Source: Octopus sinensis (Eukaryota). From it: a stretch of DNA of 64,000 nucleotides. The notes beneath the pieces were generated by a model. That model was not told the origin of the DNA. It saw only the letters and a list, made by a program, of their open reading frames with translations, and did not search any database. The translations under genes were made by a program, and so were the position numbers. Of the stretch, positions 1-14,400 are shown one piece after another; position 1 is the stretch's first letter; each line of letters opens with the position of its first letter. The stretch spans positions 30,008,001-30,072,000 of the forward strand of contig NC_043010.1 in the NCBI RefSeq assembly GCF_006345805.1, in the 5' to 3' direction.

Positions 1-281
1 AAGAACCCTTAATATTAAGATCCTTAATATATTAAGGGCCCTTAAAAAAAATGTTACTTTGGTTGTATTTATCACAAGAAACAGCTAGGTTTCTTTCTTT
101 GACATTTTACATACTTCGGCTTACACAAGTTCATATGTGAAAAGATGAAGAGCAAAACAGGAATTTTGAAAGAGGTAAATATAAAACTAGTTTTAAAAAA
201 TCGAATGGCTATGGTGGTGGTGGTGGGGTGTCCACTACAATAAAATTGGGTCCTTTTCTGTTTGGCTGTACCTCTCTTTAC

Positions 282-577
282 TCTATTACTCTTTTACTTG
301 TTTCAGTCATTTGACTGTGGCCATGCTGGAGCAGCATCGGTTGTCAAGCGATGTTGGGGGGACAAACACAGACACATAAACATACACATACATATACATA
401 CATACATATATACATACATATATATATATACACATACACATACACGACGGGCTTCTTTCAGTTTCCGTCTACCAAATCCACCCATAAGGCTTTGGTTGCC
501 CAAGGTGCCACGCAGTAAGACTGAACTCGGAACCATGTGGTTCATAAGCAAGCTACTTACCACACAGCCACTCCTGT
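282..577 (-). mobile_element. tRNA-derived SINE (family A), internally deleted copy
   Basis: Reverse complement matches the head (ggagtggctgtgtggtaagtagcttgc..ggttccgagttcagtc) and tail (ctccagcatggccacagtcaaatgactgaaacaagtaaaag) of the full copy at 35568-36000. Confidence 0.8.
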
Positions 578-1542
578 GGAAATTTCAAAGTGAAGATTTT
601 AAGATTTGGTGTAGTGATGTAATTTTTCACGTTGAATCTCGGGGGATATTTAACTTTTCCCAGAAAATTTTTAAAAGAAAGTTACAAAGATTTAAAATTT
701 AATAATCTTTACCCAGTCAGAGAACAGGATTTGGAAGCTGTCATTTAATGCGTGACAGCACGTGTTGTCAACTGTAAACAAATGAAATATTGGCGGAATT
801 CTGCTTTGCGCACGTCATATAACCCCTCATAACTTTTTCATTTTTGGGAATTTTCAGAAAACTTTGCGAATTTGTATTCTACACACGGGAATTTATACGA
901 TTATGTAATAATAAAGAAATGGGTGCGTGATTTAAGGCCTACTTAGCTATTATTTTTAGCAAATCTTCACAACCATCATTTAATAAGCGAAAAATGACTG
1001 CATGAGTAAATAATTTGAGAACAGCTTGGCTTGTTACTATGGAAACAAGCAAGAATGTATCTGTGTAAAGTTACCCCAAATTTGCAAACTTTAAAAACTA
1101 TTAACTCTTTATTTCTTGATTAATGGCGAAAATGAATTTCATGTCAATGATAAGCATACAAAACTACATCATTACATCCAATAGGAAATCAATTGGAACA
1201 GAAATTTAAGAAATTGAAAAGTGGCAGTCAAACAGCAAAGATCCCAAAATTGTAATCAAAAAACAAAAAAGTTGAGAATCACTGTTCCAACGGTTATTCT
1301 AAAACCTGGGAAGCCAGCTCTAAGCAAATAGAGGTAAAACAGTCAGCTACTGGACTCACGTATTACTTCGAAACGACGAAGAAATGTCAGCGCGGTTACT
1401 AGATTATTTAGACATAGTAAGCCAAATTTATGGGCTGTGGCTTGCTGTCAGTAAATACAATTGGGCTCAGTGATTTGATTTTCCTGGGGGACCTGTAATA
1501 CTGCTAAAACGACCCTATCTTGGTGTCACGGTAACTTGGGGG

Positions 1543-2290
1543 TTAAACGAATGTTCGTATGTCTATTTCCTTTGCTCGTTTAATCCCATCATTTATTAAT
1601 GATGTTGGGTAATGTCTCTTGATTAGTATCGATCTGAGTTCAAGGAGTCTTCGTTCACGAATATTGGTGTCCGAAACTATGGTACAGATTCTTTTTGCTA
1701 GATTATAAGGTATATTAATTTTCATGTGTTTGGGGTGGCATGAGTTGAATAATAGGTATTGTTTTGAATCTGTGGGTACTATTTTAATTAGGATGTTATT
1801 GCTGTGTTCCATGGTAAATTATATGTTGCTATTGATATTGTTGAGCATTATTTTGAAATCGAGGAGTTTGTCCATGATATCTTTCCAAAGTCTAAAGCAA
1901 TCGTCCAAATACCTCTTCCAGTTCTCCTTTAAATAGCAATGTAATGTAGTGCCATATTTTTGTAATGATGATTGGTATATTTTAAGTTCTAGGTAACCCA
2001 TTACAAGGTTCACGATCACTGGGGCAGCTCGGGTTCCCATCGCAATCCCACATTCTTGTCGATAGTAGACTGTATCGAACATGAAATAGTTGTTCAATAG
2101 GATGAATTTCAGTGCTGCTATTATGATTCTGTGGTTGATGCGTCGTGGGATCTCTTCTGGGTATTTTTCTAGCCAGATGGTGATTGGCTCTATGCCATAA
2201 TCGTGTGGGATATTGGTGTACAGGTTCACCACATTGAATGATACTAACAGGGTTCCTTCATTTATTCTCTTCGGGAGGTGGTTAAAAATG
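1543..2290 (-). pseudogene. Penelope-like element reverse transcriptase fragment (frameshifted, 5'-truncated at a (CA)n tract)
   Basis: Motifs SFNVVNLYTNIPH, GIAMGTRAAP, RYLDDCF, then KIVPTDSKQYLLFNSCHPKHMKINIPYNLAKRICTIVSD (PLE thumb/linker) in ORFs 1819-2421 and 1543-1812. Confidence 0.85.
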
Positions 2291-2324
2291 TCTACACACA
2301 CACACACGCACGCACGCACGCACG

Positions 2325-2381
<57 letters not shown>

Positions 2382-2492
2382 CTTGCGATGTTTCACCAAA
2401 ATGGAGAACTATAAATGTCACTAAATGCGACTAGTGTGTTAGAAAACACCTACAAGGAATGTAGATGTTTCCTAACGTCCTATTCGTGTCTA

Positions 2493-2532
<40 letters not shown>

Positions 2533-2544
2533 ATGTGTGTGTGT

Positions 2545-2757
2545 CTTTGTGTATATGCTTGTTCCCCACCACAGCTTGATAGCTGGTGTTGGTGTGTTTA
2601 CGACCCCGTAACTTAGCGGTTCAGCAAAGAGGCTGGTAGAATAAGTACCAGGCTTCATTAAAAAAGTACTGGGATCTATTCGTTCGACAAAAATTCTTTA
2701 AGGCGGTGGTCCAGCATGGCCGCAGTCTAATGAATGAAACAGCCAAAAGATAAAAGA
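2545..2757 (+). mobile_element. SINE family A, 3' half
   Basis: ggtgtgtttacgaccccgtaacttagcggttc..agaataagtacc..aaggcggtggtccagcatggccgcagtc..aaaagataaaaga matches 35830-36000. Confidence 0.8.
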
Positions 2758-3569
2758 CACTTACTGAAAGGGTTGATGAAAGAATCACTGATTAAATATA
2801 CAAAACTGTACATTTACAGACATAGGAAACTATAAGGGTTTAGAGATGAAATAACCGCGTGACGCCGGCTGCATGAAAGTATGATAGTTAAGTTTGTGTT
2901 AACGTATTTTATGTGGAGATTTTAAAAAGCTTATTAGAAATAGCTGTATCGTGAAGATACAACAATATTGGTCATCATGAAAATTAAGAAACTTCCAGAG
3001 AACGTGAAATAATTTTTTTTATCAGTGGATTTCAAAGCAGATAAAGCTATAAATAACAGCGTGGAAATATGTGCATGCTATTGTCTACAGCTGTATCTGC
3101 TGTATCTATCGATAAAAACGAAGCGTTAGTCTTATTCTTTTCAGTTTTCCGACAAGGGCAAGAAGTTTGGGCATGTTTTGGTTTTATAACCTCATTAGCC
3201 AGTCAAAGCATCCATTGTACTTACCGAAGTAGTGATGTGATAATAGCTTAATAAATGTACGTTATTGTACATTAGTTGGTGTAGGAAAATACAAAGGATA
3301 AATATAACTCAGTGGCACCATCCATATGAAAATAATAGTTAAGCTAGTATTAACACATTTAATACACAGAGCATTTAAAAGCTAAGAAGGTGAAATAAGT
3401 TCGCCAATACAACGCCCATTTCCTTAGCTACGTTACTTATTCTCATATCCTTTGCTACACAGCTAATGAAGGGTGGTTACTACGTGACCTTGCCGACACT
3501 ACTAGGAGACTCACTGCTAGAGGCTAATCACTCTAAACACAAGAATTAGCACGAGCCAACGACCAACAC

Positions 3570-4860
3570 TATGCGTGGTCGTTCACCTGCTTGAAATAGC
3601 AGCCAAATATCATTCAAACCATGGGTTAATGGAGGATTACATTGGACAATGTTGCTTCCAATTTACAAAAACGGAATGGTCACGGCTAGTGCGTCTTTGA
3701 TCACATATGTGCTCCACATGGCTGACGCGTGGCAACCCCCTCCACCACCACCACTACTGCAACAGCAGCACCAACTACAACAGCAGTGACAGTATCAATG
3801 TGATACGAAGGATCCTCTATGTAGTCGTTTGATCGGCTTGAAATAGCAACCAAATTTCCCTCAAATCGCGCGCATTTTTTTTTAACAGAATATGTTGAAC
3901 AGGGTCTATATACTCTACGCCTGGATAAAAGACGTGAGTGATCGCAGATGAAACGCCTTCAATCGACCAGGTTTAACCTAGGGCCAAACAACCAATACTA
4001 GTGCCCACCCGCGCATCAGTCTTCGTCAGCCATTATAACAACCCTGGGAAGAGCCGCCATCTCTTTGGGCTGTCACTAGAATTGCTAAAAACAGCAGCCA
4101 AATTTCCCTCAAACTACGCTATCTAAAATAAAATGAAATTGAGTGAACAATGTAGTCATAGATTTACAAAGAGGAATGGTCATGGCTGGAACCCTTTTGA
4201 CTATAAGTCTGCTTCATCGGGGTAGGCCTGGGGTGGGTGAGTGGTCAAATAACAACAAAATGTCTTTTCATCATCAATGACTACTACTACCACTACCACT
4301 ACTACTACTACTACTACTTCTACCACCACCACTACTACTACCACCGCCACTGCCGTCACAACGAATATTACGTATAACCATTAAAATCACCACCTTCGTC
4401 ATGTTATTGCTTCCATGACCACATCTCGCCACCATTGTCAAAACTCCACCACCACCACCACCACCACCGCTACTACTACTACAACAACAACTACTACTAC
4501 TACTACTACTACTACTACATGGAAATGGCTGGATGGTCATGGCTGTGACGCCTTTGACTTATATGTTTGTTCAATCAGAGCTGGTGGCCTGCTGGGGTCA
4601 AAACAACGACGACAACAGTTAGTACCACTGTAGCTAACAAGAGGTCGTTGAAAATGCTAGAAACTGCAGCAGAGTAACTCTCAAATTACACCCACTGACA
4701 AAAACAACAAAAAAAGACACATTGCTTTATGTGGTTTTACAATTCACTATGACTGAAAAAAGACAGGAGGATGGTCATGGTCGGAATGCCTTTGATTATG
4801 GGCCTGCTCGATTAAAAGATAACCTGGCACTAAGCTCTATCAACAACAACAATAACAACA
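3570..4860 (+). repeat. Cluster of about five degenerate copies of a SINE-like 3' module ending in (CAA)n
   Basis: Recurrent gaaatagcagccaaat..ccctcaaa..ggatggtcatggctggaatgcctttgat..cctggggctaaacaacaac at ~3590, 3840, 4080, 4520 and 4660; also at ~5940-6130(-), 20900, 21840, 22090, 25030(-) and 26105. Confidence 0.65.
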
Positions 4861-5345
4861 ACTACTACTACTAGTAGTAGTAGTAGTAGTAGTAGTAGCA
4901 TCAAAGTTAATACCAATATTTACTATCCCCCACCCGCGACATACTACTCGTTCACCGCTCCCACTACCAATTCCCTCACCGTCGTGACTACTACTCAATG
5001 AATGCTATGACCACTTTTGCTGCTACCAACACCACAACACTGTGACTACGATTTCACAATTACCACCGTTACTGCCTCCGCACTTCCCATTCCTCTAACA
5101 CCCACCGTCCTTCACTCCCTCACTATCACAACTATAAACGCCGCCGCCGCCAACATGATAATGCTTTACTACCATCACTTTCACCACCGACACCAATACC
5201 AACAATGCAGCTGCCGCCTCCACCATCTAACTAATCATTACCGGTACCATAACTATAACCACCACCGCTACCATCATACCAATTCACTACTGCCACAATC
5301 GCCACCAGCACCAGCAGAGCAACCTTCAGCACCTCCTCCATCTCT
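4270..5345. repeat. Degenerate (ACT/ACC/CAA)n trinucleotide low-complexity tract
   Basis: Visible runs ctactactac, caccaccacc, caacaacaac. Confidence 0.8.
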
Positions 5346-8300
5346 AAAGCAAAGTGCAAAATATGTGTCGGAACCTTCAAGAAGGAACAAATGAACGAAC
5401 TAATGAATGAATGAAAACATAAATGAATAAGAGAAAGCAAGAAGAACGGAGAAAGAAAGAAAGAAAAGAAGGAAGAAAGGAAGAACTAGAGGGTAGGTCA
5501 TTAGAAGTCTTCTTTGAAAAAAAAAAAAACTCAAGTGTTACTTATCGTAACAAAAATAAATAAATAAAGCACAAACTTTATTATGGAAGGTCAAGAATCA
5601 CTTCTTCGACAAATGATATTCAGTGTTCGAGTCTGACCGGCGTTAGACCATGAATATGGTAACGCTTCTATAACTATTCAATATGATTGGTCAGAATTAA
5701 ACTCTCAACGATATCTCTCTTAACACACACATACATACACACACACACACACACGTACACAAAACATATTTTTAATTCATGTTTCTAAATGATGCTGCTG
5801 CAGGAGAGGAATTTGGTTAATGTCAGAAATTATTATCAACATCATGATTATGGACACTAATTATCTTGAGTAAAATTAGTCAATGGTTGTTTGGTTTTAT
5901 TGTACCAGGTCTCCTCTTTTTTTTGTCCGTTTATTATTGTTTAGCCGTAGGTCATTCCTAATTAAGCAGAGACCCTCGATGCAAGGCAATCAAGCATTGA
6001 CCACCATGGCTTTTTAGTGGGTGTCAACGACTACATTATCTAATATGTGTATTGCTTTTTTAAACTGTGAGGTGTAACTTGAGGGAGATTTGGCTGCTAT
6101 TTCTAGCAGATCGAGTGACCACCTAGAAGCTCCCCCATTTTTTTGTTTTTTGTTTTGGTTGATCGTTATTGTTTCGTGAGGGTCAAGGGGAGAAAGTGAG
6201 GAACAAACAGCATCCGGTCACTACACACCGCCTACACCGTGGCCGAACTTGGTTAGAACAATGGGAAGTCTCTCCGACCAGGCAATTCTTTGCGGATTTA
6301 TTTCTGGTAAAGAATATTATTTACGATGTTTTTTTTTTCTTCCTGTTTTGATTGTTATCAATATTATTGCAACTGCCACTTATCCATATTATTATACAGC
6401 TCTAGTCTTATGGATTGAGTGTTTGGTAATAATTCCGATGATCGTTATCACAATTTAATAAGTTCTTGCGTTTATCAATATCGGAGGCTGAGAGAGTTCG
6501 CCGCTAATCTGCTGTCTTTAAAAGCAAACACATTGAAAGAGAGAATGAAATAGAGTAGAGAGAGAGAGAGAGTGAGAGAGTTCCGAGAGATAAAATTATA
6601 TGACGAGTGCTATCGTTGACCTTTAATTACACACAGCAGACGTAGAACTAAGCTGGAACCTGGTACAATATTTTTGTCACCCTACTGCCGTGTCTTGTGA
6701 CAAGAGGACCGTCGTTGTTTTTCTTTTTTTTTTCGGGTTCTCTGTTTTTCTCTTCGTGCTTTAGATGCTGCTCTTTTTGTTTTTAATTCTGAAAAACTTA
6801 TACTAAAAAATCATTATCTGTTTTCTTTTATCGTTGTTATATTTGATATATTTTATGTGTTGTATTTTATTGAAGTATAATGTTTGGGGAATGGAAAACG
6901 AAACAAAATTGGGCTGACCATATTGTGAGTGGAATTTGGTATATGCAAACAGCAAAAGCCTGTCGATATATGATATATATAATGTGTGTACATACATATA
7001 CACACGTGTTTGTCGTATTATGTTATCTTCTGTAACTTAGCATTTTGATAAATAGGATCGATGAAATAAGCATTGGAGTCGATGTAATCGAATCAAACCG
7101 ATGCTCTAGCAGGGCCGTTGTCCCACACCCGAAATCAACGAGAATACGTGAGTGTCTAATATATGCTACAGGAACATAAAAAAAATATTTAAAATTACTC
7201 GGAGGAGGGAATCTACAAAAAAAAAAAAAAAACCCCAGCTGCATGGTTTTAATTATACAAGTTGTAAATACATTAACATTTTAAATTAATTTCTTTCCCT
7301 TAAAACTATATATATGCTTTTGATTTTACAAACGAGAGAAAATGTACTCAATACATATATATATTGTTTTATTGGTATCTTAAAGATCGCAGCGGGTGAG
7401 AAACTAACGATGGAGTGGATCACCAGCTTCCGCTGGTTCGATTCTAGAAACTACCTGAAATTTTTTTCTTCTGAATCTTATTGTTTTCATATGTCCGTCG
7501 ATTATCATCACTTGTAATTATATAACTGGCTTAATTAATCACGCGTGTCAGTAATGTAACTCCCAGTGAAAAGTGCAACATGGCTGTAATCGCTACGAGT
7601 TTCAACAGTTCCTCTGAATCCACTGTGTGTTTTAAAAAATGCAGCCAAATACTCCTCGAGTTACACTCAACCATCTCAAACAAGAAAATAATCCATTGGT
7701 ATATAGTCTTTGACACTGCTGGAAAGATGGACTGATCTTGGTTGAAATGCCTTTGGTCGTGTTTGATATGGAATTGTAAACAATAATATGATATCAAACC
7801 CCTAATGCTCTCCTTAGTCACAGTACTTAACTTTACTATTGACATTTTTGATCTAGAAAACACTGGGAATTATAAGACCCACCTGTTTATTAGGTTCATA
7901 GCATTTAACCTGGCAAGTGAAGTAACCCATGATTGATGGTGGTCATGACTGGATTAGACTGATTTTGGTGACAATGATCATGATGATTGGCTTCTAGCTC
8001 AAAGACTGAGTGTGATCTACAAACCTGCGAGCCAGGCAGTGGCTGGTTACATAAACTATTGCCTTAGCAATAGTAGCTGTGATGAAAGTTGTTTAACTTT
8101 AGATCAACCTTGGTTTAATAGATGTATGATTAACTGACATTCTGTTGGTCACAATGATGAGGGAACACCCTGCTCATGAAATTAATGGGCAAGTGGCTGA
8201 GCACTCCACAGACACGTGTACCCTTAATGTAGTTCTCAGGGAGATTCAGCGTGGCACAGATTATGATAAGGGTCGACCTTTGAATTACTAGTACAACTCA

Positions 8301-8529
8301 TTTTTGCCAGCTGAAATATGATTTGGTAGATGGAAACTGAAAGAAGCCCATCATATGTATATGTATGTGGTTCTGTGTCTAGACATCACATATTGGTTGT
8401 AAATGAGCATTATTATCATACAAGTGAGGTTGTTCATTTCCAGATCTTTGATGGCAGAATGCTCTTTCTGTCATCTCTTTCGAAGTAAGGTAATATTTTC
8501 CCAATGCAGGACATTTCACAGAAGATTCT

Positions 8530-9290
8530 GATTATGTAAGGTCTAGATTAGGCAGGGTGAGGCAGCACTTTCAGCCTCTCAAGTTCCTCTGATATTATAT
8601 GCTGGGGCATTGTCATACTGTAGGAGTGCATGTCTTTCACTGACCAATACTGAGTAGCAGGGTTTCAAAGCCTCATATAACTTGTTAGCGTTGTTTAGCA
8701 TGAAGATCTGTGTTCACTACATGACCATCTGGGATAAACTCAAAGTGCAACACTCCCTTGAAATTCCACCAAACACACAATGGGACTTTTTCTTCAAACT
8801 GTCTTTGTTTGACAACAACCTCCGAAACCTGGCCAGAATGAAGTCACTGATTTCTCTGAATTAGGATTATGAAAATAGATCTTTTATCCCCAGTTACAAT
8901 TTGATGCCAAAATGGGCATCTTGAGGATTTGCCACCATTGGTCATTTCATGAGAAACTTCTTGACAGTGTCTGCTCATAAGTCAAAGCTTATGGAAGTGT
9001 CGATTGATGATGCTCTAAGATGGACCAAGTTCTACTGACAATGTACAAGTGCTTGTACTTGGCTGTTGTTCACTCATTTCAAGCAGGGCCTCATCTTTCA
9101 TAACAGGAGGTCTCCCTGAACTTGGAACTTGGTTTGTCTTCTAGGCTGGTGTCACCTTCCTTGAAATATCTGAACCAGTTTTGTGCCCTAAGTTCGTTGA
9201 CAGTTCTTGGGCCTTCCATATCATTAATTTCTTTTGCATTCAATCCTTTTTTCTACAGGTGTGTAAAATGGCTCTAATTGCAATTTTTTT
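8530..9290 (-). pseudogene. Decayed mariner-type transposase
   Basis: Minus-strand translation gives GVLHFEFIP (~8730-8755) and QYDNAP (~8605-8620, the HHDNA catalytic region); many stops. Confidence 0.6.
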
Positions 9291-11205
9291 ACCACTCATT
9301 ATCAAAACATTAAAATGAACAATAAACAATGTTTATGTGTTATGTATGAAAATAAAGAATAAACAATTCAGCAATGATAGGACAACAAGTTGTATCAAAT
9401 TAATGATATAACATGGAGGTGCAAGTTGCCAAAATTTATCAGTGAAAACCTGAAAAAAAACAAAAAAACTAACTCAACCTGAAGTGTGTGTGTATGTATA
9501 TATATATATATATGCACATACACATGAAAGATTTCTTTTCAGTTTCTACCTACATCTACTCACAAAACTTTGATCAGCAATGTTGAACTAAAATTCTATG
9601 AAGCACAAAGAGGTCATCAAGTTATATTTCCTCCTTAAAACATTAATAAAAAAGGTCCTTCAAAAAGCTAATACTTAATGGCTAAGAGAAAGAGCAGTAA
9701 CTCTGACCATTTTCAAACTTCAGAGAATGGTGAGAGGAAGTTGTCCTTTGATGAAAGATTTTGTCCAAATACCAACAGTAGGATGGAGTCTGCTGAAGGC
9801 ACCAAAATACCTAGTGGTGTGTTAAATCAGATGATAGATTGACTGACCAAGAACAAGAACTCTCACTCCAAGAAGCTTCTGGCTACCAAGTTTCACTCAC
9901 AAGGCTTGGCTCAAGCCAGAAGTATGGTAGAAAACAGTACCTCACTGTTAGGTACCACAGTACCTCACTGTACTCACAGTGAGACTAAACCTGAAACCAT
10001 GTAACTGAAAATCTAATTCCTCAACCATACAGCTGTGACCATGAAGGGTGGGGGTTGGATTCTAGGCCTTCAAAGGATTTGGTAAACCAACTTTTGCATT
10101 ATTAAATTGATGTTTGGAACATAACTTTATGAAAGGTCTTAGATATAATTGTGAAGAAGTATTTTAACTTAACCTGAGGCTAACCATCACTAGACTTGGT
10201 ATCAAAAGAATTTATATTGAAATACATATATCGTAATGCATATCTACTAGTTTTCTGTTATGTAGCTGTATGTATGGATGTTAGAGATATTGACTAGACT
10301 ACCTTATGGTATTCTTTTCAACTCTACACTCTGAGTTCAAACCCTGCTGAAGTCAAATATATCTTTTATCTCTTCAGAATGGATAAATAAAGCTCCAGTC
10401 CAGTATTGGAGTCAACTCTCTCTCACTCCTCTCTCTCAAATACACATTAGGAATACTAAGTGTATTTACACCCATGCCTTACTCAAGGCAAGCCAAATAT
10501 TTAAGCATTCTTAGTACTTGTGAATAATGTCTGTGGTTATAAACCAAACTTAATAGCATGAAAATAAGTAGCTGGTTATTTAATTTTAAGCTTCCGTTGG
10601 CTTTTTTTCTCTTGTAATCTTCACAGAAAAACAGTCTTCTTTTACTCCTTTGTTTAGTTTAATTCAATAAGCTGTTGCCATGTTAGGGTACCATTGTTTG
10701 TGGTGTAGTTGATTGTATCAGAGTACTGTTACTGATCTAGCAATTATGAAAGGGTAAGTCAACTTAGAAGGGACTGGAACTTCAAGCACAAAGGGACGTA
10801 ACTACCACAAGATATTTTGTCTGACATACTGATTATCTTATCTATCACCTTTGTAGGTATACATGCAGATACATTATAATGCATTTAGATATTCATGTAA
10901 TACATTATAATGTAATTATACATACACATAATACATTATAATGAATGTATACACACACATGATGCATTATAATATATGTATACACTCATGATACATTGTC
11001 TGTATACACACACATACATTATGTGGTATATTTATATATACACATACATACATACACATTATATGGCTTGTGTATACATACACATTATGCATTATATGGT
11101 AGGTATATATATATGCATGGGTTAAATGGCATGTATATACATATACATTATAAATTATATGGTATGTATACACATGGACATTTGTTATATGGTATAAATG
11201 TATAT

Positions 11206-11594
11206 CATCATCATCATCATCATCGTTTAACGTCCGCTTTCCATGCTAGCATGGGCTGGACGGTTCGACCAGAGTCTGGAAAACCAGGAGGCTGCACCAG
11301 GCCCAGTCTGACCTGGCAGAGTTTCTACAGCAGGATGCCCTTCCTAAGGCCAACCACTCCGTGAGTGTAGTGGGTGCTTTTTACGTACCGCTGGCACAGG
11401 TGCCAGGTCAGGCTGGCAACGGCCACGATCGGTCGGGAGGCCAGTCGAGGTGGCGCTGGCAAAGGCCACGGTCGGTAGGTTCTTTTATATGCCACCGGCA
11501 CTGGTAGCACAGCTAGTTTCCATTGACTTTTGATCGATTTCGATTTCACTTGCCCCAACAGGTCTTCGCAAGCAGACATTTGTGTCCCAAGAAG

Positions 11595-11598
<4 letters not shown>
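11206..11598 (-). mobile_element. SINE family B with (GAT)n tail
   Basis: Reverse complement of ..ggccttaggaagggcatcc..gctagcatggaaagcggacgttaaacgatgatgat; same family at 12688, 28363, 31720 and 34113. Confidence 0.8.
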
Positions 11599-11622
<24 letters not shown>

Positions 11623-11626
<4 letters not shown>

Positions 11627-12448
11627 ATTCATTAGTTATCGTTATAGATATTTAAGATCTATCTCCCTTACAGGGCTGATAGAATTGGCCGCCGATTATT
11701 CGCGGGGTTCTCTTCCCTTCTCTCCCCCTCTTTCACATTGTCTGGACTCCTCTCTCTCTTCCTACTCCTCTCCATGGCTATGCATACTTAAGCTAGTAAC
11801 CTGCCTCATTCTTGATTCCGAATTCCTTTTGCCAAGTCTGTCCGTAAACGAAGTGATCCCAAGATAAGAAATCTTTGAACTTTAATTCATCCCGTATCTC
11901 TATTTATTATTTATTATTTATTATTTATCATTATTCTGATCCCCCTAGTCGCCACTCTGTTTACTATTTCAGCCTCGCCTCGTTTTTGCATATTCTGTAT
12001 AATTCATTAGTTATCGTTATAGATATTTAAGATCTATCTCCCTTACAGGGCTGATAGAATTGGCCGCCGATTATTCGCGGGGTTCTCTTCCCTTCTCTCC
12101 CCCTCTTTCACATTGTCTGGACTCCTCTCTCTCTTCCTACTCCTCTCCATGGCTATGCATACTTAAGCTAGTAACCTGCCTCATTCTTGATTCCGAATTC
12201 CTTTTGCCAAGTCTGTCCGCAAACGAAGTGATCCCAAGATAAGAAATCTTTGAACTTTAATTCATCCCGTATCTCTATTTATTATTTATTATTTATCATT
12301 ATCCTGATCCCCCTAGTCGCCACTCTGTTTACTATTTCAGCCTCGCCTCGTTTTTGCATATTCTGTATAATTCATTAGTTATCGTTATAGATATTTAAGA
12401 TCTATCTCCCTTACAGGGCTGATAGAATTGGCCGCCGATTATTCGCGG
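11623..12448. repeat. Tandem repeat of about 2.2 units of 375/368 bp, inserted at a (TA)n tract; pLTR-like
   Basis: Units start at 11623, 11998 and 12366 (tataattcattagttatcgttatagatatttaagatc..); units are near-identical. Confidence 0.9.
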
Positions 12449-12687
12449 CGTGCCCGCCCTACCCACCCCCACCACCAATACCGGATATCTCTATTTTGCT
12501 CCAACTATACCGGATGTCGTTTCTCCCACCACCATTATAGGTGTCTACTCTTTGAACCCCCCTCTCCAATACGCTATTTCACCATGCATTACCCCTCTCT
12601 TGATATCCTACGTTCTACTTGCCTAGAACCTGTCCTCTGAACCACCCCTCCCACTGGTGCTCCCCTATATTTCTGCACCCCCCCCAT

Positions 12688-12925
12688 AAAAAGCACCATC
12701 CGAACGTGGCCGATGCCAGACCCCTCTGGCACCTGTGCAGGTGGCACGTAAAAAAACACCCACTACACTCGCGGAGTGGTTGGCGTTAGGAAGGGCATCC
12801 AGCTGTAGAAACACTGCCAGACTAGACTGGAGCCTGAGGCAGTCCCGAGCTCCCCAGACCCCGGTCGAAACCGTCCAACCCGTGCTAGCGCGGAAAACGG
12901 ACGTTAAACGATGATGATGATGATA
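12688..12925 (+). mobile_element. SINE family B, 3' part
   Basis: ggcgttaggaagggcatccagctgtagaaac..gctagcgcggaaaacggacgttaaacgatgatgat. Confidence 0.8.
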
Positions 12926-13081
12926 TATATCTTCTGCACACTCACACAGACCAGCCCTGTCCTTCTGACTGTTTTGGAGTGCTTAATTCTTGGATTTCTC
13001 TCTACCATTGGATTATGTCACCTTTTTATTTATTCAGAGTATGCAATTCCTGCACCTTTTGTATATATGTGTACACACACA

Positions 13082-14400
13082 CTAGCAATGCATCCTGGCG
13101 TTGCCCGGGTGTTATGACCTACAGGCACATTGTATTATCTGCTCCTTTCTTATGAGCAGCATCGACACCACTGACATATAGTTAATGGCATAATGGAAGT
13201 TATTGCTTGTTTAAAAGTGAAGAGGGAGGGTACAATTTGCATGGGTTTGCATGAAAGTGCTTTCTGTTCTTAAGAAGGATCACAGACTATGTATTGTTTC
13301 ATCATATAAAAGGGGAATAATATGATTTTGTCCAGAAATCACGTTTTCAAAATTTTAATTTTGTCCCATCTTCATCACAATTTCTTAATTTGTAACTTTT
13401 CATTTTTCTTTTTTTTTTCTTTTTGGTGTCATCTATGTAGAAAAATACAGAGATTACGAATCTAGGAAATACAAATATATTTTATAGTTTAATTTTTCTT
13501 AAAGAAACACCCAATGCCCTTTCCCTACCTTACCCACTCATTACCTTGCTTTCACTTATGTCTGATGTTTCCTGCATGCATAGAATTCTACTGAAATAGC
13601 AAACTTTAAAAAACATCGGACCACCACCAGAAAACCCGACATGCTAGAAACAACAGGTAAGTGAAATTATTTCTGAAGAAACTTACCCACTTTCCAAAAT
13701 GCTAAAAGTGAAACATTGGAAGTGTGTAGCTTTTTGAAAGTGGTGAGGTGGTGGGTAAAATTCTTAGAGATTTGTACTCTCTGTTTTTTCTCCATGGATT
13801 ACCAAGAAAAAATTTGAAAAAAGTAAAAAATGAATTTGGTGTGGAGAGAGAAAATTAAAATATTGAGAACATGTTTGTGGGTGAAATCCTACTGTCCTGT
13901 ATCACTAACATAAGAATCAGAAGAAATTTTAGAAAAAAATAAGGCGATGGAGTGGAAGTGTCACCTCGGACATGCTAGAAAGAAGAGGTAAAGGACAGAA
14001 TTGGAGGTTATTTTATGGCATTCTTTCATTTGAAAAAGCAAAGTTGTCAACTTGACATATATGGGATCATATGGTGGTTCGTTAATTTACGTAAAATTCT
14101 TTTAATTTCTTTAGGCTTTGAAGAGAGCACATGACAATACACCCCTTCAATCACTCTCTCTCTTTTTTCTCCTTACCTCTCTTCCTCTCTCTCTCTCTCT
14201 TTCTCACACACACATCCATTTCATATACACATACATACATCTTTCATTTTCTCCTCTCTTTCACTTTAAGACAAAAGTAAATTAATAAAAAAATTTATGG
14301 AATTTAACAAATGCAGATGACAGCTCTGGAAATCAAAACGAAAGATCACCTAAGCAACTTTCTTTATTGTAATACAGATGTAACTAATTCTGTATTCACA
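13082..14400 (-). mobile_element. Non-autonomous Helitron (3' end clear, 5' extent uncertain)
   Basis: Reverse complement of 13081-13110 is acccgggcaacgccaggatgcattgctag|t: GC hairpin followed by CTAG. Confidence 0.5.

Noticed and set aside
11685-12640. Repeated MAADYSR ORFs as a peptide gene family
   Set aside because: TTG starts inside a tandem repeat unit, with no coding signature
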